Origin: Armatimonadota bacterium
GTDB taxonomy: Bacteria > Armatimonadota > Zipacnadia > Zipacnadales > UBA5352
DNA length: 50,123 nucleotides
NCBI GenBank assembly: GCA_034722055.1
Contig: JAYENL010000106.1
Location: forward strand, 36,871 to 86,993
Direction: 5' to 3'
Part shown: piece by piece, positions 9,873 through 20,086 of the stretch
How positions within the stretch are numbered: position 1 is the first letter of the stretch
Layout of the letters: every line of letters starts with the position of its first letter
Notes under the pieces: model-generated
Seen by the model: only the letters and a program-made list of their open reading frames with translations
Told to the model about the DNA's origin: nothing
Database searches by the model: none
Made by a program: the position numbers and the translations under genes

Positions 9873-10913
9873 ATGGCCGAGATCAAGGTGGGAATGGTCG
9901 GATTGGGATGGGCGGCCAGCGGGCACCGCGATGCCTTCAGTGCCAATCCCCACTGCGTAGTGGATGCGCTGTGCTCGAGCAAGGAGCTCAGCGGCGACGA
10001 GATCAGGGAGTGGGCCGGAGGGCATGACGCCACGCTGTACCACGACTACGATGAGTTCCTGGAGCACCCCGGCCTGGACGTGGTGGACATCTGCACGCCG
10101 CACCCGGTACACGCGGAGCAGTCCATCAAGGCCGCACAGGCCGGCAAGGACATCATGATCGAGAAGCCGCTGGCCATCGAGTACGACGCGCTGCTGGCAA
10201 TGCGGGACGCCATCCAGAAGGCCGGCGTGAAGACCACCGTGTACTTCGAGCTGCGCTTCATCGACCACTTCAAGCTCATCCAGTCGGCGCTGGAGATGGG
10301 GCTGCTGGGCGACGTGCACTTCTACGAGGTGGACTACTACCACGGCATCGGGCCCTGGTACGGGCAGTTCGAGTGGAACGTGAAGAAGGACGTCGGGGGC
10401 AGCGCCCTGATCACGGCCGGCTGCCACGCCCTGGATGCCATGCTGGAGTTCGCCGGCAAGGACGTCGATGAGGTCTACGCCTACTCCGCCAAGTCCACCG
10501 CCGAGGAGATGGAGCCCTACGAGTACGACACCACCTCCTGCGCCATCCTCAGCTTCGAGGACGGCACGGTGGGCAAGATCACGTCCTCAGTTGACTGCCG
10601 CCAGCCCTACGTCTTCAACGTCCACCTGGTGGGCAGCCACGGGACGCTGTGGAACGATCAGCTCTGGTCCACCAGGCTGGAGGGACTTCGGGGGGAGCAG
10701 TGGGTGCAGACTCCCACCGCTCAGGCGGAGTCGGGTGACGTGCTCGACCATCCCTATCCGCCGCAGGTGGACCACTTCATGGAGTGCATCCTCAGCGACG
10801 AGGACTCCTTCATCAACTTCGAGGAGGCCTTCATAACCCACCGGGTGATGTTCGCCATCGAGAAGTCGCTCGATGAGGGCCGGCCGGTGAAGGTCGCCGA
10901 GATGCCGGAGTGA
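9873..10913 (+). CDS. Gfo/Idh/MocA family oxidoreductase
   Basis: VGMVGLGWAA Rossmann motif, DVVDICTPHPVH, IEKP, GCHALD. Confidence 0.92.
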   Translation: MAEIKVGMVGLGWAASGHRDAFSANPHCVVDALCSSKELSGDEIREWAGGHDATLYHDYDEFLEHPGLDVVDICTPHPVHAEQSIKAAQAGKDIMIEKPLAIEYDALLAMRDAIQKAGVKTTVYFELRFIDHFKLIQSALEMGLLGDVHFYEVDYYHGIGPWYGQFEWNVKKDVGGSALITAGCHALDAMLEFAGKDVDEVYAYSAKSTAEEMEPYEYDTTSCAILSFEDGTVGKITSSVDCRQPYVFNVHLVGSHGTLWNDQLWSTRLEGLRGEQWVQTPTAQAESGDVLDHPYPPQVDHFMECILSDEDSFINFEEAFITHRVMFAIEKSLDEGRPVKVAEMPE

Positions 10914-11473
10914 CGCAGTCCGCTGGGGCCCCCTGAGAGGCCGGCGGCGGCGCGCGGGGGAATGCGGGGAATGTCGCCGTCCGCCGACCTCTCACCGATT
11001 GTATCGGCATCCTGTCGGTGGACTTCAATCGCCAGGCGCGCTCGCCTGCTGCCTTTCCCTGGCAGCATGTGAATCTCTGTGCCCATTGCTTGGGTTGCCG
11101 CCGCGAGCGGTGCGAGGTCGCGAGCCAAGCGAGGGACCTCGCAGGTTCCACCCCGGCCCATGTCCTGTGATTGTCCGAAACGGCAGACGGCCGGGGCGGG
11201 GTGGAATCTCCGGCGCTGCACGCAGCGTCTCACTCCTCACGCCAACGCTGTGCGTTGGACGTTCGGAGCGGCCCCTCCATCGAGCATCGGCACCGCTGGA
11301 GCGGGCGCAGCGCGGGAGAGCCGCGGAGTCGTGTGGAAAGGCGAGCAGTGCGACCAAGGGCATTGCGACACTGACGTCGAGGTGCATGGCGCCGGGCAGG
11401 CGAAGCTGGATGCTGCGCCTTTCTCTGGCAGCGCTCGGCCCTGGTCCGACCCGCTGACGCCCGGGAGGGACTG

Positions 11474-12766
11474 ATGAAGCTCCTCACACTCGCCGCTATC
11501 GTGCTGGTGGGCGACAGCATGCACAGCCAGACCACGGACACGCCGGCGCTCGCCGGGGAGGCACTCGTGGCGGCGGTCGATGCCCTGGCCGCCCGCGACA
11601 TGCCCGACGGCGTGGCGGACATCGACCGCATGACGGAGGCCAACCTCTACGAGACGGAGCGCCCGCCCGTCTACGCCGCCATCTTCGCCAGCACTTACGA
11701 TGCCACCGGCGAGGAGCGCTTCCTGCACCGCTTCCTGGCCGTGGCCGACCTCTGCGTGGCGATGAAGCAGCCTGAGGGCGGATACAGCCGCGTGGCCTTC
11801 CGCAAGCGGGTCGATGCTCAGGAGACGCAGACCGGCCGCATGACCTTCCGCAACTCCCGCAGCTTCAAGGCCCAGCGCGTTGTCCTGCAGGCCTTTGACT
11901 ACACCGGCGATCAGCGCTATCTGCGCAGCGCCCTGGAGACCGCCCAGTTCACCCTCTCGGCCCAGCATCCCGACGGCGCCTGGCACTCCGACTATCCCGC
12001 CCCGCCGCGCAGCTACCTGGAGCTGCCCATGCTCAACGACCGCGTGACCATCTCCTCCGTCCGGGAGCTGATGCTGGTCTACGAGCACTCCGCCGATCCG
12101 CGCTACCTGCAGGCCATCCGGCGCACCGGGCAGTGGCTGATCGACCACCAGCTCCACGAGCCCACGCCCGGCTGGGCGCAGCACTACGACTTCGACGACC
12201 GGCCGGCGTGGGGGAGGCGCTTCGAGCCGCCCTGCGCCTGCAGCGCGCCCTCCATCGAGGTCATCGATGTGCTCATCGACATCCATCTGCTGACCGGCGA
12301 CGCCCGCTACCTGCAGCCCATCCCGGCCGCGGTGGCCTGGCTGAATCGGGCCCGCACCGGGCCCAATGAGTGGGCGCGCTTCTACGAGGTGAAAACTGGG
12401 AGGCCGCTCTACGCCGCCACCGAGCACGAGCCCTGGCTTCGCTACGAGCGCGACGACGAGCTCTACGGCGGCTACGCGCAGTGGGGAAGCTGGCCCTTCG
12501 AGACGCGGCGGGCGCGCTGGCAGCGCCTGCAGGAGATCGGTCGCCTGGCGCTCATCGCCGAGGAGGCCGCGCCCATGTCGGCGGACGAGGCGCGGCAGGT
12601 GGTCGAGGCCGAGGAGGAGTATGTCCGCGAGGTCTCTGCCCCGGACGGCTTCCTGGGAGCCTGGCCCCAGCAGCAGGGCAAGGTGCCGCACCTGGTGGGG
12701 CATGTGCAGAGGGTCGCCCGGTACCTGCGAGCCGTGCAGCGCGTTCAGGCGGCCGGCGGCGGGTGA
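11474..12766 (+). CDS. Pectate lyase-like protein (PL10/PelA-like alpha/alpha barrel)
   Basis: LNDRVT, PGWAQHYD...PAWGRRFEPP and WARFYEVKTGRPLY motifs typical of pectic acid lyases. Hydrophobic N-terminus. Confidence 0.7.
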   Translation: MKLLTLAAIVLVGDSMHSQTTDTPALAGEALVAAVDALAARDMPDGVADIDRMTEANLYETERPPVYAAIFASTYDATGEERFLHRFLAVADLCVAMKQPEGGYSRVAFRKRVDAQETQTGRMTFRNSRSFKAQRVVLQAFDYTGDQRYLRSALETAQFTLSAQHPDGAWHSDYPAPPRSYLELPMLNDRVTISSVRELMLVYEHSADPRYLQAIRRTGQWLIDHQLHEPTPGWAQHYDFDDRPAWGRRFEPPCACSAPSIEVIDVLIDIHLLTGDARYLQPIPAAVAWLNRARTGPNEWARFYEVKTGRPLYAATEHEPWLRYERDDELYGGYAQWGSWPFETRRARWQRLQEIGRLALIAEEAAPMSADEARQVVEAEEEYVREVSAPDGFLGAWPQQQGKVPHLVGHVQRVARYLRAVQRVQAAGGG

Positions 12767-12872
12767 GCGCCGCTCACCTGTCCGTGAGGTCCCACTTCGA
12801 GCGCCGGCCGCACATGTAGTTCATTGCGGCCTCGTGCGCGTGGACTGCGGATGCGGTGAGCGGGTACATGCG

Positions 12873-13460
12873 TCACTGGTCAGTCACTTCGTGCGTGGCC
12901 TCCGGGCGCATCCAGGTGCGCTCGAAGGCGGGCAGCAGGATCCACCAGCGCGCGTCGTCGGTGCCGTCGAAGCGCAGGTCGAGGCGGTTGACGATCGCCC
13001 GCCGCAGCGCCCGCAGCCTGGCGGTGTCCTGCCAGAGGCCCGAGGACAGTCGCACCGGGTCGTCTGCGTCGGTGAGGGCGTGCAGCGAGCCGAATGACAC
13101 ATCGGAGCTCACCCGCGGCTCCACCAGAACCAGTCCTGTCAAGCTCTCCCAGGGCACCGCGCTCTCCTCGCCGCGCCAGTCCGTGATCTGCAGGCCGTCG
13201 TCATCCACCGTCACCTGCGCGTTACGGCTCTCCATGACGGCGTAGGCAATCCCCGCCGCCGCCAGCAGGAAGGCCGCCGCAAAGACCACGCGGAAGACCG
13301 GCTCCAACTCGTCCACCGGGCGCTCTCCGAGCGCTCCGCGGATGATGATCCATACCTGGGAGCCGGCCACGGCCACGCACCCTGCCGCCAGGACCATGGC
13401 CAGCCATGGCCTCTGCAGTGCGGGCCCGGTGTTGAATGTGCGGGGCCCCTCTTCATTCAC
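12873..13460 (-). CDS. Membrane protein with a bacterial PH-like domain
   Basis: Two TM helices followed by VTVDDDGLQITDWRGEESAVPWESL. Confidence 0.65.
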   Translation of the reverse strand: MNEEGPRTFNTGPALQRPWLAMVLAAGCVAVAGSQVWIIIRGALGERPVDELEPVFRVVFAAAFLLAAAGIAYAVMESRNAQVTVDDDGLQITDWRGEESAVPWESLTGLVLVEPRVSSDVSFGSLHALTDADDPVRLSSGLWQDTARLRALRRAIVNRLDLRFDGTDDARWWILLPAFERTWMRPEATHEVTDQ

Positions 13461-13610
13461 GCCCGGTCACCACCCGCCATCCGCCGCGCGATTCCGCGTG
13501 GTCACAGTGCAGTTCGCCGCCCCGCCCCCCGTCGCCTCCACCGGGAGGGGCATGAGCTGGGGGAGGCGAACCTGCGTGCCGTCCGCGCTATCGCCGCCGG
13601 AGAGGGTCCC

Positions 13611-15047
13611 ATGGAGATCATCTTCAGCTTCGACACCGAGGACTACGTCGATCCCGTGTCCAACGACGCCCTGCTGCGCCTGGCACAGATACACAGCGAT
13701 CATGGTGTGCCCGGCGTCTTCGGCCTGGTGGGCGAGAAGGCCCGCTTCATCCACTTCTGCGGCCGCCATGACGTGGTGGAGGCCCTGCGGGACCACGAGG
13801 TCGGCTACCACTCCGACCATCACTGGATTCTGCCCGACTGGGACTACGAACGCCGGCATGTGCCCGACTACGTGGCAAATGTGCCCTGGGACCGCGCTGT
13901 CACGCGCATCATCGCCGAGGAGGCCCGCGGCCTGGCGGACATCGAGGACATATTCGGCCGCCGGCCCGTCACGCAACTGCGCAATTACGGCGACTGGACG
14001 CCGCAGGTGATGGTCTCCCACGCCCGCTTGGGGATTCCGGTGCACGCCTACGGGCCGGTCTTCCACAACACCGACCCCGAGCCGGTCTGGTACTGCAATC
14101 AGCTCCAGATCGCCAACCCGCGGCATATGTACGAGGACAACCTCCACGACTTCGAGATGACGCCCGAGGAGAAGCTGGAACAGCACAGGCAGAACGTCCT
14201 GCGGCACCTGGAGGAGGGCACCCACAGGCTGGGATGGGTCACACATCCCACGCGCTTCATCGCTGACACCTGGTGGGAGGAGCCCAACTGGTGGGGGACC
14301 ATGGATGACCCGCCCCGCAGGGACTGGCGCGCCCCGGAGCGCTTCAGCGACGAGACCATCCAGGAGCTGTTGTGGATCGCCGACGGGCTGGTGGAGTTCG
14401 TGGCCTCGCTCGATGACGTCCAGCCGCGGACCTTCCGCGAGTTCGCCGAGGAGTATCGCCCGACCCGCGTGTGGGTGATGCGCGAGGAGATCCTGCGGCT
14501 GGCGGGCCTGGTCGGCGACAGGCCGGCCATGGTGCTGCTGGAGGGCGAGAGCTTCTCGCCCGCGGAGCTGTTCGGGGTGTTCGCGCACGCCCTCGGCGCA
14601 CCTGAGGGGGGCGCTGCCTATGATCGCAGCCCCCTCCGGCGCATCATCGGGCCTACGGAGGCGCCGATGGAGACCGAGGCGGGGGAGGCCTCCCGCGACG
14701 CACTCCTCGACGCCGCCCGCGAGGCCGAGCTCTTCGTCCGCGACCGCGCCAGGGTGCCCCATCGCATTCGCGTCGGCCGCGGCCAGGTGGGCCCCGGTGC
14801 CTTCCTCCTGGCCATGGCACAGGCGCTGCGCGAGCCCGACGCGGAGCGCATTCCCATTCCCGCCGCCCACAACCTCCCGGAGGAGTATCGCGAAAGCCAC
14901 TACGAGGCCATCGAGACCCAGGGCTGGCCGCTGGGCTACATCCAGTTCCAGCAGGACAAGAGCGAGCTGGACTTCTCATCCATTCGCGAGCACGCCAGGC
15001 TGCAGTACTGGACCTTCAAGGTCGCGACGAGGACGACACCTGCGTAG
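13611..15047 (+). CDS. Polysaccharide deacetylase (NodB)-like fold protein
   Basis: FSFDTED motif, GEKAR, HEVGYHSDHH, later THP. Paralog at 30083-31534. Confidence 0.7.
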   Translation: MEIIFSFDTEDYVDPVSNDALLRLAQIHSDHGVPGVFGLVGEKARFIHFCGRHDVVEALRDHEVGYHSDHHWILPDWDYERRHVPDYVANVPWDRAVTRIIAEEARGLADIEDIFGRRPVTQLRNYGDWTPQVMVSHARLGIPVHAYGPVFHNTDPEPVWYCNQLQIANPRHMYEDNLHDFEMTPEEKLEQHRQNVLRHLEEGTHRLGWVTHPTRFIADTWWEEPNWWGTMDDPPRRDWRAPERFSDETIQELLWIADGLVEFVASLDDVQPRTFREFAEEYRPTRVWVMREEILRLAGLVGDRPAMVLLEGESFSPAELFGVFAHALGAPEGGAAYDRSPLRRIIGPTEAPMETEAGEASRDALLDAAREAELFVRDRARVPHRIRVGRGQVGPGAFLLAMAQALREPDAERIPIPAAHNLPEEYRESHYEAIETQGWPLGYIQFQQDKSELDFSSIREHARLQYWTFKVATRTTPA

Positions 15048-15079
15048 TGCCACTTTCTCTGGAGGGATGGAGAGGGACC

Positions 15080-15670
15080 ATGGGCAAGCCGAAGGCGAAG
15101 CCGGAGGACGTCATCTACAGACTGCGGATCAGCATCGTGGGCAGCGAGCCGGAGATATGGCGGCGCGTCGATGTGCCAGGGCAGGCGACGCTCAGCGACC
15201 TCCACGGGATCATCCAGAGGACCATGAACTGGGAGAACTATCACCTGCACCAGTTTGAGATCCACGACGAGCTCTACATGCCGCAGGCGCCGGTGGAGCT
15301 GAACCTGGAGATGGCCGAGTCGGCCGACGAAACGGAGGCCTGTCTGATCGACCTGGACCTAGCCGCGGGGAGCTCGTTCGAGTACGTCTACGACTTCGGC
15401 GACTGGTGGGTGCACGAGATCAGGGTGGAGGAAGTGCTGGAGCGCGATCCCCAGCACCGCTATCCGGTGTGCCACGATGGTGAGATGGCCGGGCCGCCCG
15501 AGGACGTGGGCGGGCTCTGGGGCTACTACGAGATGCTTGAGGCCCTCGAGGACCCGGAGCATCCAGAGCACGAGATGTACACGGACTGGATCGAGGAGTG
15601 GGACCCGGAGGACTTCGATGCCGAGGCCGTCAACAAGAGGCTGATGCGAATCAAGCTGGCCGGAGCGTGA
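15080..15670 (+). CDS. pRiA4b ORF-3 family protein
   Basis: IWRRVDVP, TLSDLHGIIQ, WENYHLHQF, YVYDFGDWWVHEI, GPPEDVGG. Confidence 0.92.
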   Translation: MGKPKAKPEDVIYRLRISIVGSEPEIWRRVDVPGQATLSDLHGIIQRTMNWENYHLHQFEIHDELYMPQAPVELNLEMAESADETEACLIDLDLAAGSSFEYVYDFGDWWVHEIRVEEVLERDPQHRYPVCHDGEMAGPPEDVGGLWGYYEMLEALEDPEHPEHEMYTDWIEEWDPEDFDAEAVNKRLMRIKLAGA

Positions 15671-15690
15671 TGCGAGGAGGGCCCCGCCCG

Positions 15691-17499
15691 ATGTTCACAG
15701 CCCGGATCATCCCGGATCGGTTCACGGTGCACGAGACCTGCGACGTCCGCGTCGAGATCAGGGCTGATCGTGAGCTCTCTGAGGGCACCGAGCTTGAGGT
15801 GCAGTTCCCGCAGTCCTGGACCATGGACCGCTGCGCCAGCTTCACCAAGGTCTACCAGATGCGGGACCCCGCCGGCGCCGACTACCTGCAGGTGTACGCC
15901 CCTGCGGAGGACTGCCGGTTCGATGTGCGGATCGAGGAGCGCGAGTTCGACACCGGCGCTGAGCTGACCCGACACGGCCGCAGGATCATCGCCACCGTCA
16001 CCTCCGGGACGGTGCCTGCAGGGGCGCCGGTGGTCTTCGACTGGCGCAACACCGTGGCCTCCCGCCGGGTCGAGGCCGAGATCGTGCACGTGGCCATCGA
16101 CGGCGAGCGGCTGGAGCCCATGCCCGAGATCGTCACCTGGCCGGAGCAGGAGGCGCGCCTGCGCGTCATCGCGCCCTCATCGGTCGCGCCTGGCGAGAGC
16201 TTCGAGGTGCTCATCGTCTCGCTGGACCCGTATGAGAACGCCTCATGCACGTGGCACGAGGGCGATGCCCTGCTGGGGCCGGATGAGGAGCCGCTGAGTG
16301 AGCCGCTGCGCTTCCATGGGACCTGTCGCGTGACGGTTGCGCTGGAGAATGAGGGCGTGCAGCGGCTGAGCTACCGCGAGACCCTGAGCAATCCCATCCG
16401 CGTCACCGAGGAGCCTGCCGGGCCCTACTGGGGCGACATCCACGTTCACACCCGCTGGTCGCACGACGCCATCGGGCGCTTCCCGTACGAGTATGCCCGC
16501 GACATTTCGGGCCTGGACTTCGCCGCCGTCTGCGATCACGCCGAGACCGCCGCCATGCACTGGGAGACGCTGCAGAGCCTGGCGAATGAGCACAACGATC
16601 CCGGCCGCTTCGTGACGCTGGTGGCCTACGAGAACGGCCTGGGCGCGCCATCGGGACACTACAACACCTACTACATCGGCGCCGAGGGCCGGTGCTACCT
16701 CAAGCCCGAGTTCGACGGCGACATCGAGAAGCTCAACCAGATGCTCGACCCTGACCGGGCCATGACCATCCCGCACCACACCGGCATCTTCTGGGGACAC
16801 TCCCTGAGCGGGCCGACCGTGGACTTCGACAAGCTCGATGAGCGCTACAGCCCCGTGCTGGAGATCTACTCCCACCACGGCCAGAGCGAGCGCTATCAGC
16901 CGGATCACGTGAACGCCTACGAGTTCAACCGCTGGCACAAGGAGGGCCGGCGGACGAACCGATCCGTGGTGGGGCACTTCGCGCAGGACGCCTGGCGGAT
17001 GGGCAAGCGCCTGGGCGTCATCTGCTCCTCCGATGACCACTTCGGCCAGGGCGGGATGGACTTCGAGGGCGTGGCCGCGGTGTTCGCCGATGAGCTGACG
17101 CGCGAGGGAATCTGGCACGGTATCCGCGACCGCCGATGCTACGGCACCACCGGCGAGCGCATCCTGCTGGACTTCGAGGTTAACGGCACGCCCATGGGGC
17201 AGGAGATGAGCGCGCGCCGCGGCGATGAGCTCGACATCCGCGTGGAGGTCCGTGGCACCGACGCCATCTCGCGCGTGGAGCTGATGCGCCTGGAGCTGCC
17301 TCGCGACCTCGAAGAGTCCGGTGGCGCGTACATCCAGGTCTTCGAGGAGCGCCCCTACGAGCTGGACTTCGAGGCCGAGATCATCGAGGAGTTCGGCGAG
17401 CCGGTCATGTACTACGTGCGGGTGCAGCAGGAAAAGATGATCCGGCATCGGGCGGTCATGGCCTGGTCGAGTCCCATCTGGATCGACGCGCAGGAGTAG
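15691..17499 (+). CDS. DUF3604 / PHP-type metallohydrolase
   Basis: WGDIHVHTRWSHD, AVCDH, IPHH, EIYSHHG, SSDDH, RRCYGTTGERI, YYVRV...AWSSPIW. Confidence 0.85.
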   Translation: MFTARIIPDRFTVHETCDVRVEIRADRELSEGTELEVQFPQSWTMDRCASFTKVYQMRDPAGADYLQVYAPAEDCRFDVRIEEREFDTGAELTRHGRRIIATVTSGTVPAGAPVVFDWRNTVASRRVEAEIVHVAIDGERLEPMPEIVTWPEQEARLRVIAPSSVAPGESFEVLIVSLDPYENASCTWHEGDALLGPDEEPLSEPLRFHGTCRVTVALENEGVQRLSYRETLSNPIRVTEEPAGPYWGDIHVHTRWSHDAIGRFPYEYARDISGLDFAAVCDHAETAAMHWETLQSLANEHNDPGRFVTLVAYENGLGAPSGHYNTYYIGAEGRCYLKPEFDGDIEKLNQMLDPDRAMTIPHHTGIFWGHSLSGPTVDFDKLDERYSPVLEIYSHHGQSERYQPDHVNAYEFNRWHKEGRRTNRSVVGHFAQDAWRMGKRLGVICSSDDHFGQGGMDFEGVAAVFADELTREGIWHGIRDRRCYGTTGERILLDFEVNGTPMGQEMSARRGDELDIRVEVRGTDAISRVELMRLELPRDLEESGGAYIQVFEERPYELDFEAEIIEEFGEPVMYYVRVQQEKMIRHRAVMAWSSPIWIDAQE

Positions 17500-17544
17500 C
17501 CGTCGGCGGCGGTCCACGATCCCCGCACCGCGGTGCGCGATCCC

Positions 17545-17925
17545 TGTGCGGCGTCAGTGGCCCTGTCGTACGGAGCGGCGGCGTGCCTACGCCGCCTGTC
17601 GTTGCCGTCCGTCGTCTGCGCTCACAAGGCGAACGACCGCAGGCTGGAAGCCTGCGCTGCAAGGTCGCGCTGGAACGACCGTGGTGGGCCGGCCTCGGGC
17701 GTCTGCTTCGCAGCCGCAGCTCGTGCGGCCCCTCCAACGGCAAAGGACCGCAGGCTGGAAGCCTGCGCCACGGTTCGGAGGGCCTATCCGTGCAGCAGGC
17801 ATCCCTGCCTGCCGCCGTTCGGAAGTCGTTTGCTGTCCGGCCCTATTCTTGCCGTCCGGAGCGACGCATCTTCAGGGACGCTTGTTCTTGCCGTCCGGAG
17901 GGACGCATCTTCAGATGCGTCCGCC
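17545..17925. repeat. Mosaic REP/BIME-like cluster 1
   Basis: CGTACGGAGCGGCGGCGTGCCTACGCCGCCTGTC, two CGCAGGCTGGAAGCCTGCG, a 70-nt unit at 17672-17741, GCAGGCATCCCTGCCTGC, and two GGAG(C/G)GACGCATCTTCAG. Confidence 0.9.
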
Positions 17926-17967
17926 TTCTTTGCCGTCCGCAACGCGCCTGTTCACAGCCAGCCCCGC

Positions 17968-19317
17968 TCAGTACAACAGCCCCTCGTCCCGCAGCTCATC
18001 GAGGCGATGGACCCCGTCGCGGACGTGGAAGATACCGGGGAACCGCTCGGCCTCCGCGGAGGATGAGGCCGGGACGAACTGCATGACGTTGAGCTCCACG
18101 CCGTTGCAGGTGTTAGCGTGCGCCGCCAGGCCCGAGGCGTGGACCGCCCCGATGTGTGGGTTCGTCAGGTCCTGCAGCGCGTAGGGCCGGCCGGTCAGCT
18201 CGCACCACGCGATCTCCAGCAGCGCCAGCGAGTGGCCCTTGCAGGTCTTCAGCGCCGGGCCGGTCCAGCCGAGCTGCGCGGAGAGCCGTAGCTCATCGAG
18301 GGAAGTCACGCCCTCGTCGGCCAGCACCGGCTTGCGGGCCGCGATGTCCGTCATGTCCCACCAGTTTGCGGACAGATCGCGCTCGGTGGGTTGCTCCAGG
18401 TAGTCCAGCGCGCCGTAGGCCTCAGCATCGATCTCCTCCAGGGCATCGAGGAACTGAGTGACCACCCACGGCCCCTCGCAGCCCTCGTTGGCGTCCACCT
18501 CGTAGCGGATGTCGCCACGCAGGCCAAGCTCGGCGCGGATGGCGGCGATCTCAGAGTAGACGCTCGCCACCCACTCGGCCTCCGCGCGCGGATCGGCGCC
18601 CTTGACCTTGAGCTTGAAGCAGCGGTACCCGCAGCGCTGGATCCAGCCCTCGACCGACGCAGGAAGGCCGTCGCCGAGGTCCTCGGCATCGGCCTCGCGC
18701 AGGGCGTCGTTCACTCCCACGACCAGCCAGGCGTCGAGCTCCTGATGCGCGCGGCGGAAGATGATCTCGTCGAGAAAGCGCCCCTCCTCCGCCTCCGGCA
18801 GCCAGGCCGAGAGGTCCTGCGGGAGGAGCTCGCGCGAAAGAGCCTCGTAGCTGGAGATGCCGAGCAGCCGCCCATAGGCGTCGTGCAGGGCCTGGTCGAA
18901 TGGCGAGAGGCTCACCAGCCCGGCGAGCGTGGGGATGCGCTCCTCGATGAACAGTCGCCTGCCGACCGGGATGGCGAGGCCGTCCACGCGCTCGTGCAGG
19001 TCCATCCCGTGCTCGATGGGGTGGCGCAGGTCGATGCACCACACGGGCATCCGGTCGGCGATCTCGATGCACATCTGCTGCATGGCGTCCACCCGCTGCA
19101 GCACGCCCAGCTTTGAGTCCGGCCAGGCCCAGATGGCGCTGAGGAAGACCGTGCCGCGGCCGGTGGCAACGCTGCCGTCAGCGCCCTGCACTGTGACCGT
19201 GCAGCGGGCCTCGGTGGCATCCTCTATCGTGCCGCCGGTCAGGATGAGCGGCGACCGCATGGGGTAGTCCTCGAAGGTGACCGTCGCATCGACGACGCGA
19301 ACGCCATGATCTGACAT
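17968..19317 (-). CDS. Enolase superfamily (mandelate racemase/muconate lactonizing-like) protein
   Basis: FKLKVKG, VDANE, YLEQP, VLADE, LKTCKGHS. GGAGG RBS upstream of the ATG at 19317. The longer predicted N-terminus runs through repeat DNA. Confidence 0.85.
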   Translation of the reverse strand: MSDHGVRVVDATVTFEDYPMRSPLILTGGTIEDATEARCTVTVQGADGSVATGRGTVFLSAIWAWPDSKLGVLQRVDAMQQMCIEIADRMPVWCIDLRHPIEHGMDLHERVDGLAIPVGRRLFIEERIPTLAGLVSLSPFDQALHDAYGRLLGISSYEALSRELLPQDLSAWLPEAEEGRFLDEIIFRRAHQELDAWLVVGVNDALREADAEDLGDGLPASVEGWIQRCGYRCFKLKVKGADPRAEAEWVASVYSEIAAIRAELGLRGDIRYEVDANEGCEGPWVVTQFLDALEEIDAEAYGALDYLEQPTERDLSANWWDMTDIAARKPVLADEGVTSLDELRLSAQLGWTGPALKTCKGHSLALLEIAWCELTGRPYALQDLTNPHIGAVHASGLAAHANTCNGVELNVMQFVPASSSAEAERFPGIFHVRDGVHRLDELRDEGLLY

Positions 19318-19373
19318 CTCGCACCTCCGTGCCGGACGCAGCGCGGCCCCCGACACCAGAACTGCGGTCGTCT

Positions 19374-19985
19374 GCCGTTGGAGGGGCCGGACGAGCTTGC
19401 GGCTGCAAAGCAGACGCCCGAGGTCGGCCGACCCACGGTCGTCCCAGCGAGATCTCGCCTGGCGCAGGCTCCCAGCCTGCCGTCGTTCGCCGTTGGAGGG
19501 GCCGCACGAGCTGCGGCTGCAAAGCAGACGCCCGAGGTCGGCCCACCACGGTCGTTCCCACGGAATCTCGCCTGGCGCAGGCTTCCAGCCTGCGGTCGCC
19601 GGCCTTGCGGACCAGAACGGCGCACGGCAATGCCAGGCGGCGTAGGCACGCCGCCGCTCCGTACGACAAGGCGAACGACGCCACGGGTCGACTCTGCACC
19701 GCGCTGTGGTCCAGGCTCCCAGCCTGCGGTCGTGACCCCAAAATGCGTTCGTCCCCACGGCACACGACCTGCGAACGGCGGCAGGCAGGAATTGCCTGCC
19801 CCACGAATGGCAGTTGATCCGTGGCGCAGGCTTCCAGCCTGCGGTCCCGGGCGTTGCGAACGAGAACGGCGGACGGCAACGACAGGCGGCGTGGGCACGC
19901 CGCCGCTCCGTACGACAGGGCAACCGACGCCACGAATCGTTCCTGCATCACGCCGTGGCGCAGGCTTCCAGCCTGCGGTCGTAAT
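19374..19985. repeat. Mosaic REP/BIME-like cluster 2
   Basis: Two ~105-nt direct units (19374-19480, 19489-19593), five CAGGCT(T/C)CCAGCCTGC palindromes, and two CAGGCGGCGT(A/G)GGCACGCCGCCGCTCCGTACG units. Confidence 0.92.
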
Positions 19986-20086
19986 CGACGTTTCGACACC
20001 CCCACCGCTGTCGCCTGCCGGAGGCCATGAGGCCCTCTGCGTCGAAGGCGCGTCGGGGCACTTGCATCGACGCGAGGTGAGGCACG

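Noticed and set aside
15080..15670. pRiA4b ORF-3 gene as evidence of a plasmid or integrated element
   Set aside because: The family is common on chromosomes. The gene is tightly co-oriented with its neighbours, and there is no integrase, rep gene or obvious composition shift.
19318..19923. 202-aa N-terminal extension of the enolase-like ORF and other repeat-region ORFs (TAGWKPAP, RRLEACA peptides)
   Set aside because: These are translations of REP DNA. A good RBS and ATG exist at 19317.
19374..19985. Possible CRISPR array (recurring palindromic ~20-mers)
   Set aside because: Spacing is irregular (110-135 nt), the intervening sequences are themselves repeats, copies are dispersed in both orientations, and there are no cas genes.
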